IMG/VR virus record: IMGVR_UViG_3300036832_000092
Location: 1 to 52,898 of that record
Source: a virus
Lineage: Duplodnaviria > Caudoviricetes
Direction: 5' to 3' (one strand)
DNA length: 52,898 nt
Shown: in pieces, positions 18,355-27,000 of the stretch
Layout of the letters: each line of letters starts with the position of its first letter
How positions within the stretch are numbered: the stretch's first letter is position 1
Notes under the pieces: generated by a model
Seen by the model: only the letters and a program-made list of their open reading frames with translations
What the model was told of the DNA's origin: nothing
Databases searched by the model: none
Made by a program: the position numbers and the translations under genes

Positions 18355-20295
18355 ATGGAGGAACAGCAGGAACAGAATCACCAGGCTATACCTGGTGGCT
18401 CAATCGCTGCGGCTATAGCGGCCAAGACTGCCGCTGAGAAGCCCATAGATCCCAAGTGTTACTTGGACATCGAGAATGGGTTCATCAGCGTCAAGTCAAG
18501 GTACTCCGCTATGGCCAACGTCGTGTATCGACAGCAAGGTGGTCGTTGGAAGGATGACGACAACGGCAAAAGATGGCTGCTACCTCTGACGATGGAGACA
18601 TGCCAGGCGCTTCGCAAGCATTGGAAGCAAGACTTGGTGATCTCCAAATCCCTCAACCAATGGGCGAGAGGTGAGAAGGTCAGACAAGAGGCTGTTGCAG
18701 CACTTCACAAGGCAGAAAGTGCAACGCTGAATGAAGTCTCGGTCACGCACCCCGCATTAGCGAAAGCCATGGATAGCAGAACTTACCAACAGGTTGGTGC
18801 TGCGTTCATTGCTCATCAAAGGTCTGTGCTCATTGCTGATGAGCCTGGCTTGGGCAAAACGCTTGAAGCTATTGCGGGAATTGTCGAGGCTGGGTGTTGG
18901 CGAGGATTGATCCTTGTCGCTGCGCCGCTCACCAGTCTACGGACTGTGTGGGAACATGAGCTGTCGAAGTGGGCTCCTGAAGCCCATGTAGTGATTGGTG
19001 TTCCCAAGAAGCACGATAATGCTGCTGCGCGCATTGACTTGCAGAACAAGTTCATTGAGCACTACGCAGAGAATCCTCTACAACCGCATATCTTGGTTGT
19101 GAATCCTGAGATGCTTCAGGCTCGCAAGCAAGACAACTTTGTCCTGTTCACAGCAGTTGAGTGGCAGGCAATTGTGGTCGATGAAAGCCATAAATACTTG
19201 GCTGGCATTGAGTCTGCACGCAAGCATACGCAGACTGGTAAAGGATTGCTTGATCTCAAGCTAGCAGAAGATGGGGTCAAGATCGCATTGTCGGGAACAC
19301 CCATGCGCGGCAGGCCGTGGCACTTGTGGGGTACGTTGCACTGGTTGCGTCCCAAGCAGTACACTGCGGCATGGAGATGGTATGAACGATACTTCCTCAT
19401 GACCAAGGGATGGGGCGGCAGTCAAACGATTGGTGCGCTAAACCCATGGCGACAAGAGCAATTCTACAAGTCGCTTGATGACATCATGCTTCGCAGAACA
19501 AAAGCTGAGGTCGTCAAGGAACTACCTGCCAAGCAGCACATCGACATCATGGTCGATATGACCAGTTCCCAAGAGGCCATGTACAAGTCTATGGCAGCCG
19601 ATGCTGCCGCAGAGTTGCTAGGCATGGACTTTGGGGATGATGATGCTGGGAGTATCTCGGCTGTTGGTGTCCTTGCCATCATGACACGCCTCAAGCAGTT
19701 TGCGGACTGCGCATGGAGAGGCGCGAACATTGAGGGCATGGTACCTACAGCAAAGATGCATCCTTTGCATTCTGGCAAGACTGCGGTCATTGAGGATATG
19801 CTCATCGAACGTGGAATTGCTGGACCTATGGATGAGCGGGATGGCAATCACAAGATCGTTATTGCCAGCCAGTTCACCAAGGTCATCGACTCGCTGGAGG
19901 AATACCTTGATGGCATTGGAGTCGATTGCCTCAAGATTACCGGTGGCGTGAATGAGCAACAACGTGTATCGGCTACCCAACGGTTCCAGTCTGAAGGTGG
20001 ACCGCGTGTAATGCTCATGAATACCAAGGCGGGTGGCGTATCGATCACGCTCGATGCGTTCTGCGATGAGCTCATCATTATCGATGAGACATGGACGCCA
20101 GACGATCAGGAGCAGTTGGAAGATCGTATCCACCGGGTGAGTCGTATTCACCAAGTGACGATCTACAGGCTGCTGACCAAGGAGTCCATCGACGAATACA
20201 TTGCGGACATCATTGCTCGCAAGGATTCAATCCAGAAGCAGATTCTGGATGGTCGTCGTGGAGTCGAGAACATAGCTGCTGCGATCGTGCGGTAG
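18355..20295 (+). CDS. SNF2-family (SF2) DNA helicase
   Basis: ADEPGLGKT, VDESH, LSGTP, QLEDRIHR motifs. Confidence 0.93.
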   Translation: MEEQQEQNHQAIPGGSIAAAIAAKTAAEKPIDPKCYLDIENGFISVKSRYSAMANVVYRQQGGRWKDDDNGKRWLLPLTMETCQALRKHWKQDLVISKSLNQWARGEKVRQEAVAALHKAESATLNEVSVTHPALAKAMDSRTYQQVGAAFIAHQRSVLIADEPGLGKTLEAIAGIVEAGCWRGLILVAAPLTSLRTVWEHELSKWAPEAHVVIGVPKKHDNAAARIDLQNKFIEHYAENPLQPHILVVNPEMLQARKQDNFVLFTAVEWQAIVVDESHKYLAGIESARKHTQTGKGLLDLKLAEDGVKIALSGTPMRGRPWHLWGTLHWLRPKQYTAAWRWYERYFLMTKGWGGSQTIGALNPWRQEQFYKSLDDIMLRRTKAEVVKELPAKQHIDIMVDMTSSQEAMYKSMAADAAAELLGMDFGDDDAGSISAVGVLAIMTRLKQFADCAWRGANIEGMVPTAKMHPLHSGKTAVIEDMLIERGIAGPMDERDGNHKIVIASQFTKVIDSLEEYLDGIGVDCLKITGGVNEQQRVSATQRFQSEGGPRVMLMNTKAGGVSITLDAFCDELIIIDETWTPDDQEQLEDRIHRVSRIHQVTIYRLLTKESIDEYIADIIARKDSIQKQILDGRRGVENIAAAIVR

Positions 20296-20434
20296 AGCTC
20301 ACATTGACCTCATGGAAATGGGAAGAATCAAAAAGCCAACAGTTACATGTGTCGGACAGCGTCCGATTCGTCCTGGAAAGTCGATCTTGTCTTGGAAGTA
20401 AAATCAGAGTAAGATCGACTCATGGAAATTCCAC

Positions 20435-21214
20435 ATGAAAGGAATGATGATGGACGAACGAACATGGGAGCAAAACGCTCTTGAATTCGCTGAACTGGAC
20501 AAGGGTGAGGGCTGGCCATTTGCCATCCTTGTCGCTTGCTCAGTTCAACCAGGCAAAGTTGGTGGTCGTCGTTCAAATCTCGATCGAGATTTGAAGGTTG
20601 ACGCAACAACATTTGCAGCTAGGGCAGAAACCAGCAATGATCGCATCCTCAGGTATTACAGGGCATGGCAGAAAGCTGCATTGAATGGCTATGTACCCAA
20701 TGCTGATACGCTGAAGCCAAGTGATGTCGATAACGTCAAGTTGCCGACACTTGCTTGGTCAAAGAGTGATGCTGCGCCTGGTGAGCCTTTTGCCTACTCA
20801 GCATCCGCAGAAGCAGCGGCCACAAAGCCAACTACTGCCAAGCAGGTGCAGAAGGCACTTGATTCATTACCACCTGTTCAACGTGATCAGGTTGTGAATC
20901 ATGCGCTTGGGCAAAGGGCTGCTGAAAGTCGCAAGGCCAATGCAATTATTGCTGAAGAGCAAGAATTGCGGATGATGGCTGAAGATCGCAAGATTCTTAC
21001 CAATGAGGATCTTGGTATCACAGGCAGTAGTTTCCCAGAGTTCGAGGCCATGGCTGTTTACAGTCATAACATGCTGTTGATCAGGAAGCGTTCCAAGGAA
21101 CTGATCAAGATCCTTAGCAACATTGCCGTTGTGAAGGATGAGAAAGCAGTTGCGTTACTTGGTGATCTTGTTGATGCGATTGCGCCTCATTTGGCGGTGA
21201 AGGACGATGCGTGA
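20435..21214 (+). CDS. Hypothetical protein, putative HTH DNA-binding
   Basis: KVDATTFAARAETSNDRILRYYRAW resembles an HTH segment seen in actinobacterial/phage proteins; true start may be 20444-20450. Confidence 0.55.
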   Translation: MKGMMMDERTWEQNALEFAELDKGEGWPFAILVACSVQPGKVGGRRSNLDRDLKVDATTFAARAETSNDRILRYYRAWQKAALNGYVPNADTLKPSDVDNVKLPTLAWSKSDAAPGEPFAYSASAEAAATKPTTAKQVQKALDSLPPVQRDQVVNHALGQRAAESRKANAIIAEEQELRMMAEDRKILTNEDLGITGSSFPEFEAMAVYSHNMLLIRKRSKELIKILSNIAVVKDEKAVALLGDLVDAIAPHLAVKDDA

Positions 21215-21668
21215 GACAATTCAGCGGCAATGGACTAGACTGGAGTATAAGCTAGCTCATAACATTGTCGACATGGTCAAAGATGCTGGTGTTGCTGGGG
21301 TGATATTCAAGCCAACGCTTGTGTTGCATGATATCATGCCCCTTGCTGTGATGATTGCAAGCAAGGAAAAGCCAGGCTATACATTGATCAATGATGATGG
21401 ATGGTACGTCATCACGAATGATAAGCATCAGATATTCAAGGTGCTGTTCAATCGTCTCAAAAAGGTAGATACCGCAATCAGAAGGATTCAAGCTGAAATG
21501 CAGCCACTGGGCTACAGCATGGAGACTATGGAGGTGATGACTTCAATCAACTCTATGATCCATGCAATCTCATCATCTGAATTGGCGGAATGTATTGCGA
21601 ATCTACTAGATGAATACAAAGCAATAGAAACAGTTTGGGAAACAACCAAGCGCGAAGTGAGTAACTAA
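21207..21668 (+). CDS. Hypothetical protein
   Basis: Overlaps the upstream gene end; 153 aa. Confidence 0.7.
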   Translation: MRETIQRQWTRLEYKLAHNIVDMVKDAGVAGVIFKPTLVLHDIMPLAVMIASKEKPGYTLINDDGWYVITNDKHQIFKVLFNRLKKVDTAIRRIQAEMQPLGYSMETMEVMTSINSMIHAISSSELAECIANLLDEYKAIETVWETTKREVSN

Positions 21669-21885
21669 CCTAATCGACATTGGACAAATCGGACGCTGTC
21701 CTGCACGTGTAAACGAATAAGCATGGGGTGTATGGGGATGCCAAATCCTCATGCGCTCCATGTTGTTTTGCCCAATTGTCTACTTTGCCTATAGGCAAAT
21801 AGAGCAAGCGCAGAATGTCCATGCCTACCATGGGTCCACGTCCGATTCACCCTGAATTTAGTCCGATTTCGCCCGATTTCTCCCC

Positions 21886-21914
21886 TTTACTAAACGCGAT
21901 TGGTACGGTAGAAT
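21886..21914 (+). promoter_or_regulatory. Sigma70/SigA-type promoter
   Basis: TTTACT-17 bp-TAGAAT in an intergenic region. Confidence 0.6.
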
Positions 21915-21959
21915 CAGTCTGGAAAGCATGGGAAAATCGAGGCGATTGGATAGAGACAC

Positions 21960-22196
21960 TTGACGTACAGAATTGCTATCAACCATGGCTCGCTTGAGAA
22001 TCCTTTGGATAGGGTAGCAATGCGAGCGGTGCGGAATGCAACTGACCCCTTCTGTACTGCTATGTATGGGATCAATGAAGTGACGACATACTGTATTGCG
22101 GACGGTGGACTGGAGCCTGTGCTCACGGCCATCGCCCGCAATCGTCGCATTTCATGGCTGGTCCAAGTCAACTATCACACCGATGTGGAGGAGTGA
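21960..22196 (+). CDS. Hypothetical protein
   Basis: 78 aa ORF downstream of the promoter. Confidence 0.5.
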   Translation: MTYRIAINHGSLENPLDRVAMRAVRNATDPFCTAMYGINEVTTYCIADGGLEPVLTAIARNRRISWLVQVNYHTDVEE

Positions 22197-22200
22197 GCAC

Positions 22201-22659
22201 GTGGAGTTCCGTACATTCGACTCAATTGAGGACGCCATGGCTGTCATGCGAGAATCCGCTCAAGCCAATGCGGATTCTATGCGTGAGTGGCAGTGGAAGA
22301 TCGACTTTGGAGATTACTTCTTCAAATCTGTGCCCATGGCCCACAAGCAGATTCTGATCTTCGGCAAGGTTCTGTCCATGGCTGAATTGGACATTGAGGA
22401 GCTTGAGACGCTTCGCTCAATCAAGGCAGCCAAGAATGAGGGTCGATATTACGTCAAGGCACATTCTGTGATCGTGCCTGATGGTGAGTACGGATTCACA
22501 GGCGGATCAACCATGTACCCCATCAGTGAACGCGAGTTTGAGATTGCGCGTGAGAACAAATGGAAGCAAGGGAATTGGTTCCCACCTATGCTGACTGACA
22601 TTCTCAATCGCGTGATCACCGCAGAGCAAAATGGCGGATTCGTAGTGTTGCCTGACTGA
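22201..22659 (+). CDS. Hypothetical protein
   Basis: GGAGGAG RBS before GTG 22201. Confidence 0.7.
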   Translation: MEFRTFDSIEDAMAVMRESAQANADSMREWQWKIDFGDYFFKSVPMAHKQILIFGKVLSMAELDIEELETLRSIKAAKNEGRYYVKAHSVIVPDGEYGFTGGSTMYPISEREFEIARENKWKQGNWFPPMLTDILNRVITAEQNGGFVVLPD

Positions 22660-22813
22660 TGGATAATGGATGGCAGTGCGAAGAGTTCATCCAACCAGAG
22701 CAACGATGCTTCAGGCATTGGTCGCATATATGGAAGGGTAAGTTCATCTGTAAGTTACATTACAGTAACAAGCTGTTTTGGGAGAATGGCCCAAGCAGTA
22801 ACGACAACAGAAA

Positions 22814-23182
22814 GTGAACCCAGTGGCTACAAAGACCAAACGACACCTGAAGGTTGTCGGCAGTAGGGTCCAAATCACCAAGATCGTCGACCAGATGCCG
22901 TTTGAGTATCTGACTTGCCGAGACATGGGACACGCATGGAAGCCATACACAGTTGACCGTGAGCGTCGCATGTGGATGTCTACAATGCTATGCGGTCGAT
23001 GTGGATCATTCAAGGTTCGCACGATAAGCTCACAAGGCAGATTGGTCAAGTCAAACATGCAATACGCAGATGGATACCTCATTGCGGGGTGGGGCGTGAT
23101 GTCGGCAGAAGACAAGGCCAAGATGCGGCTCGCTCTGCTCACTCGACTTGCTGAAGAATATGGAAGTGCCGCAGAGGCATGA
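22814..23182 (+). CDS. Hypothetical Zn-finger-like protein
   Basis: CRDMGHAW...CGRCG motif. Confidence 0.7.
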   Translation: MNPVATKTKRHLKVVGSRVQITKIVDQMPFEYLTCRDMGHAWKPYTVDRERRMWMSTMLCGRCGSFKVRTISSQGRLVKSNMQYADGYLIAGWGVMSAEDKAKMRLALLTRLAEEYGSAAEA

Positions 23183-23403
23183 CAGAGGCAGCCAAGGAAG
23201 CACACATGATACCCAAGTGCAATTGGTGTATCCTCAATGATCTCAGAGATAGGTTTGGTGTTGAGCGCGTTTCGATGGAAGCGCGCCATACCGACCACAA
23301 CAGAATAACCTGGACCAATATCATGGTCGATGGTCATGTGGTGACTGTTGTTGCACAATTGTCGGAAGAATGCATCTGTAATGCGAAAGGGATTTACAAC
23401 TGA
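23179..23403 (+). CDS. Hypothetical protein
   Basis: ATGA overlap; CxxC. Confidence 0.6.
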   Translation: MTEAAKEAHMIPKCNWCILNDLRDRFGVERVSMEARHTDHNRITWTNIMVDGHVVTVVAQLSEECICNAKGIYN

Positions 23404-23582
23404 TGGATGGATTGAGTTCAATTTGTAGCATTTGTGGTCATGTTGAGACATGGCCAACGCGTGATCAGGCAGGCTGTGCAGCTTCATGGCACGTCTATGA
23501 AAATCATCGTGATGCATGGATTGCTGTAATTGGTAATGATCGAGAGCCAACTGACCCTGATCCACGACAGAGAATGCTGTAA
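23403..23582 (+). CDS. Small hypothetical protein (59 aa, not in ORF track)
   Basis: TGATG coupling; MDGLSSICSICGH..WHVYENH. Confidence 0.55.
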   Translation: MDGLSSICSICGHVETWPTRDQAGCAASWHVYENHRDAWIAVIGNDREPTDPDPRQRML

Positions 23583-23734
23583 TGGGCGCTTTGATAATGG
23601 GGATTCTGCTGCTAGCGTTGAGCATTCTCATCGTTACCCAAATCCAGAAGCATGCTCGTTGGCACCGTGAGGAGCCAGCCGACAATGAATGGATCGCTCA
23701 ACTCAAGCGTTGGAATCGTCATGGATTCAAGTGA
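23582..23734 (+). CDS. Small membrane protein (50 aa, not in ORF track)
   Basis: TAATG coupling; N-terminal hydrophobic helix MGALIMGILLLALSILIV. Confidence 0.55.
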   Translation: MGALIMGILLLALSILIVTQIQKHARWHREEPADNEWIAQLKRWNRHGFK

Positions 23735-24044
23735 TGAATACAGGCATGAGTTGACCAAGGATCATCGTCGGATGACCGACTTCCAAATCGCTACTTCATT
23801 GCCTGAGGGCTCAGGTTTATCAGTTGCGCAATTCCATCCATATTGGGACCTTGTATTGATATGTATTGATGGACGTCCGAACTACATCGTGACAGATTCA
23901 TCATATCGGCCCAATGGAAAGCCGCTCAAGGTCTATGGGCCTGTTGCCACGCGAGCAGATGCGATTACGTGGACGCGCAATACAGCAAAGTTCTGGCGAG
24001 AAACCCACCTCATGATACCTGAATGGCCTTGGGAGTGCCAATGA
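23721..24044 (+). CDS. Hypothetical protein
   Basis: Fills the gene array; start uncertain. Confidence 0.55.
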   Translation: MDSSDEYRHELTKDHRRMTDFQIATSLPEGSGLSVAQFHPYWDLVLICIDGRPNYIVTDSSYRPNGKPLKVYGPVATRADAITWTRNTAKFWRETHLMIPEWPWECQ

Positions 24045-24277
24045 CAGCAGAGCAATGGGCACCGCCCAAAGAGGAATATTTCACGGTGGTAACCATGTAC
24101 ATTCCACCAGGCAAAGACTTCACCGCCAGGGAAATGATCGTCCATACCTATGGCCGATTTGAGAGGCGCCAGCAAGCCATTGCGCAAAAGCAGCGGATAT
24201 TGCGATCGCATGAGTCATATGACAATCCTGTACCTGATGGTGGCCGTCTCGTTGTAAGCGTCGTGAGGATGCTGTAA
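24041..24277 (+). CDS. Hypothetical protein
   Basis: GGGAG RBS; ATGA overlap. Confidence 0.6.
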   Translation: MTAEQWAPPKEEYFTVVTMYIPPGKDFTAREMIVHTYGRFERRQQAIAQKQRILRSHESYDNPVPDGGRLVVSVVRML

Positions 24278-25257
24278 TGCCGATCATCATACGTAACAGT
24301 GAGCGTGTGACATTCAAGCGATGTCAGGCAAGGTGGGTTTGGTCATTCGTTGATGGCCTTGTACCCAATGTGACCGACACCAAGCTGTGGTTCGGCGGTG
24401 GAATTCACATTGCGCTCGCTGAGTGGTATCAAAAGGGTCTCCAGCGCGGCCCACACCCCGCAAAGACATGGGCCAAATTTGTTGCTGATGAGGAAGTGTA
24501 CATCAAAAGCAGCAATGGTTTGCTTGATGAAGTCAAATGGCTGGACTCTCGTGACCTCGGCATGCAAATGTTGCTCAATTATACTGATACGTATGGTGAT
24601 GATCCTACATGGGATGTAATTGCGACTGAGCAGACATTCCAGGTCAAGAGCAGATTGCCGGATGGGACAGTCTTCTACATTACAGGCACATTTGACGGTG
24701 TGTATAGAGATACCGTTACCAAACAATTGTGGCTAATGGAGCATAAGACTTCAGCAGGTATTCCAGATACAGGCTTCCTTGATATGAGTGATCAAGGCAG
24801 CACATACTTCGCAGTCGCAGAGATTGTATTGCGAAATATGGGAATTATGGGCAAGTATCAGCACCTTGAAGGCATCATGTATAACTTCTTGCGTAAAGCG
24901 ATGCCTGATGATAGACCCAAGAATGAGCAAGGCAAAGCGCTCAACAAGAATGGATCAGTCAGCAAGGTCCAGCCATCACCATTGTTCATGCGATATGAGG
25001 CATGGCGAAGTAAGGGCCATCGTATCAAAACCATTGAGCACATGAAGGATGAAGTTGCTCAGATGATGGCGATACGGAATGGGCAATTCAATCCTACAAA
25101 GACGCCAACAATGGATTGTCGATGGGATTGCGCATTCTATCAGATGTGTCAATTGCATGAGTCTGGTGATGATTGGGAAGACTTCAGAGATGCCATGTTT
25201 ACCAAACAAGATCCTTATGCTGACCATAGAGCAGCAATGAAGGATGCTAGCGTCTGA
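24277..25257 (+). CDS. PD-(D/E)xK exonuclease (Cas4/RecB-like)
   Basis: FKRC..W, GIH.AL, ATEQ, GTFDG, MEHKT, C-terminal C.WDC.F..MC. Confidence 0.88.
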   Translation: MPIIIRNSERVTFKRCQARWVWSFVDGLVPNVTDTKLWFGGGIHIALAEWYQKGLQRGPHPAKTWAKFVADEEVYIKSSNGLLDEVKWLDSRDLGMQMLLNYTDTYGDDPTWDVIATEQTFQVKSRLPDGTVFYITGTFDGVYRDTVTKQLWLMEHKTSAGIPDTGFLDMSDQGSTYFAVAEIVLRNMGIMGKYQHLEGIMYNFLRKAMPDDRPKNEQGKALNKNGSVSKVQPSPLFMRYEAWRSKGHRIKTIEHMKDEVAQMMAIRNGQFNPTKTPTMDCRWDCAFYQMCQLHESGDDWEDFRDAMFTKQDPYADHRAAMKDASV

Positions 25258-25284
25258 TGAGAGTAATTGGAGGTGAAAATTGTC

Positions 25285-25482
25285 ATGTTATCGGTCACCA
25301 CCATTGGATTGCGGGAAGTGGGGAATTTCAGGAACAGACTCGCCCGTGATTATGGACGCCGCAGGATTGACTGGGATGACTTCCAGTTCCTGACAGAGCA
25401 CCTGATGGCCATTGAAGAGAAGCTAGTTGAGATGGCCGCGAATGACCAACGTCGCATTGATGAAGATGAAAGGGTAAGTTGA
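25285..25482 (+). CDS. Hypothetical protein
   Basis: GGAGGT RBS. Confidence 0.65.
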   Translation: MLSVTTIGLREVGNFRNRLARDYGRRRIDWDDFQFLTEHLMAIEEKLVEMAANDQRRIDEDERVS

Positions 25483-26384
25483 TGCCAATTCCTGAGGCCA
25501 TTATCACGCTTGATGCGTGGGATGAGTCAATCAATTTCCTACTAGTTGCTGAGAGCGGCTATGGCAAAACTGTCTTTGCCGGCATGGTTGATCAGCGCAA
25601 GACAGATGGACCCAAAGCGCTGTTCTTAGCAACTGAGAACGGTACCATTAGCGCCAAGCGAATGGGCAGTACGGCTGATGTTTGGCCAATCAAGTCATGG
25701 CGTGATATTCAGCTCGCATACCGATACCTCAGTATTGGTGGTGGCTGCGATGAATATCAATGGGCGTTGCTTGATAGCATCACAGAGCTACAGAAGCTGT
25801 CGATGGACAACGCACTTGCGACTGGCGTATCTGAGAATCGCAAGAATGCCGATCCAGATGTGCCTCAAATCCAAGATCATCTCAAGGTGCAGCAACAGAC
25901 ACTCAACATGCTCAAGCGCTTCAACGAATTGCCCATCAACTGCTTGTACACAGCATTACCACTGAGATTTGATGATGCTGACGGCAACCCGTACTACCTC
26001 CCCGCACTTGATGGTAAGCAAGGAGGAATTGCTTGGCAAGCCATGGGCTACATGCATGTCGTTGGGCATGGGATCAAGCGACGAATCAAGGACAAAGACG
26101 ACAAGACAGTTGTAGTTCGACGCGTGTACTTCCAGTCAATGGGTCCATACAAGGCCAAAGATCGTTACGGCGTACTGGGCAACTTCATGGACAATCCAAA
26201 GCTATCAGACATTGAGGAGTTGATCAACAAGGACAAGGCAGCAGCAGCGGCAAATGTGCGCGCAATCGCAGCCAAGCATCAAGAATTGGCAGCCGTTGAT
26301 GAAACGACTGGGGAATCACTTGAGGTCACCATTGACGATCCAGACACTGGTGGCGATCTTCCACAACAAGCTGAGGAGTTCTGA
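25482..26384 (+). CDS. AAA-family ATPase (Sak4/AAA_24-like recombinase)
   Basis: Walker A ESGYGKT, Walker B LLDSITE, AKDR motif; lies between exonuclease and SSB. Confidence 0.85.
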   Translation: MPIPEAIITLDAWDESINFLLVAESGYGKTVFAGMVDQRKTDGPKALFLATENGTISAKRMGSTADVWPIKSWRDIQLAYRYLSIGGGCDEYQWALLDSITELQKLSMDNALATGVSENRKNADPDVPQIQDHLKVQQQTLNMLKRFNELPINCLYTALPLRFDDADGNPYYLPALDGKQGGIAWQAMGYMHVVGHGIKRRIKDKDDKTVVVRRVYFQSMGPYKAKDRYGVLGNFMDNPKLSDIEELINKDKAAAAANVRAIAAKHQELAAVDETTGESLEVTIDDPDTGGDLPQQAEEF

Positions 26385-26989
26385 TGGTCAAGGTCGTTGT
26401 AGATGCCAGCAAGGCGCCGGATGCCGGCTTCACCACATATACAGGGCCAATGCCGCCAAATGGCCTGTATAAGTGCGTACTGAAGTCAGCTTGGTGGGGC
26501 AAGAGCAAGAACGATGTTCCAATGCTAACATGTGTGTTGGAATTCAAAGCCAAGAGTGCTGAGAAGGCCAAGTATGACGGATATGCGATCTGGTTGCGAA
26601 TCACCCATCAGGAATCGACATTGTGGCGCATGAAGTTGTTGTTCGCAGCGCTTGGTCAACCATCCAAGGCAAGCTTCAATGTCACAGAAAAGACCGGCCC
26701 ATTCGGCAAGATCGTTTCGCATATTGGTCGTGCCCAAGTCGGCAAGGCTGAATTACTGGTCAAGACCAAGACTGAGAAGTATGAGGGAACCAACAGACTT
26801 GCCGTTGATACCATGACACCATTGCCTGGCGTGACTGTTGAAGACTTTGATGAGGGTGATGAGACTTCATTCGACGAATCCAAGACGTTGACAGATGGAA
26901 TGATCGAATCTGATGATGATTTCGCCAACATAGACCCAAGCGATGACACGTGGGAACAATCTGGCGCAACTGACGATCCTCCATTCTAG
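26384..26989 (+). CDS. Putative single-stranded DNA-binding protein
   Basis: PPNGLY..KSKND.PML N-terminus; acidic tail ending DDPPF. Confidence 0.7.
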   Translation: MVKVVVDASKAPDAGFTTYTGPMPPNGLYKCVLKSAWWGKSKNDVPMLTCVLEFKAKSAEKAKYDGYAIWLRITHQESTLWRMKLLFAALGQPSKASFNVTEKTGPFGKIVSHIGRAQVGKAELLVKTKTEKYEGTNRLAVDTMTPLPGVTVEDFDEGDETSFDESKTLTDGMIESDDDFANIDPSDDTWEQSGATDDPPF

Positions 26990-27000
26990 GATCAGATGTG

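Noticed and set aside
20343-21712. IS or transposon interpretation of the inverted repeats
   Set aside because: Neither enclosed ORF shows transposase motifs and no target-site duplication is evident
22744-23685. 313-aa minus-strand ORF
   Set aside because: Shadow of several translationally coupled + strand genes; no motifs
24277-25257. Cas4-like nuclease as a sign of CRISPR-Cas
   Set aside because: No array or other cas genes; the exonuclease-ATPase-SSB context indicates recombination
25254-25285. CTGATGA...GAAA resembling a second hammerhead core
   Set aside because: No stem II can form between the two motifs; the sequence is a stop codon plus RBS
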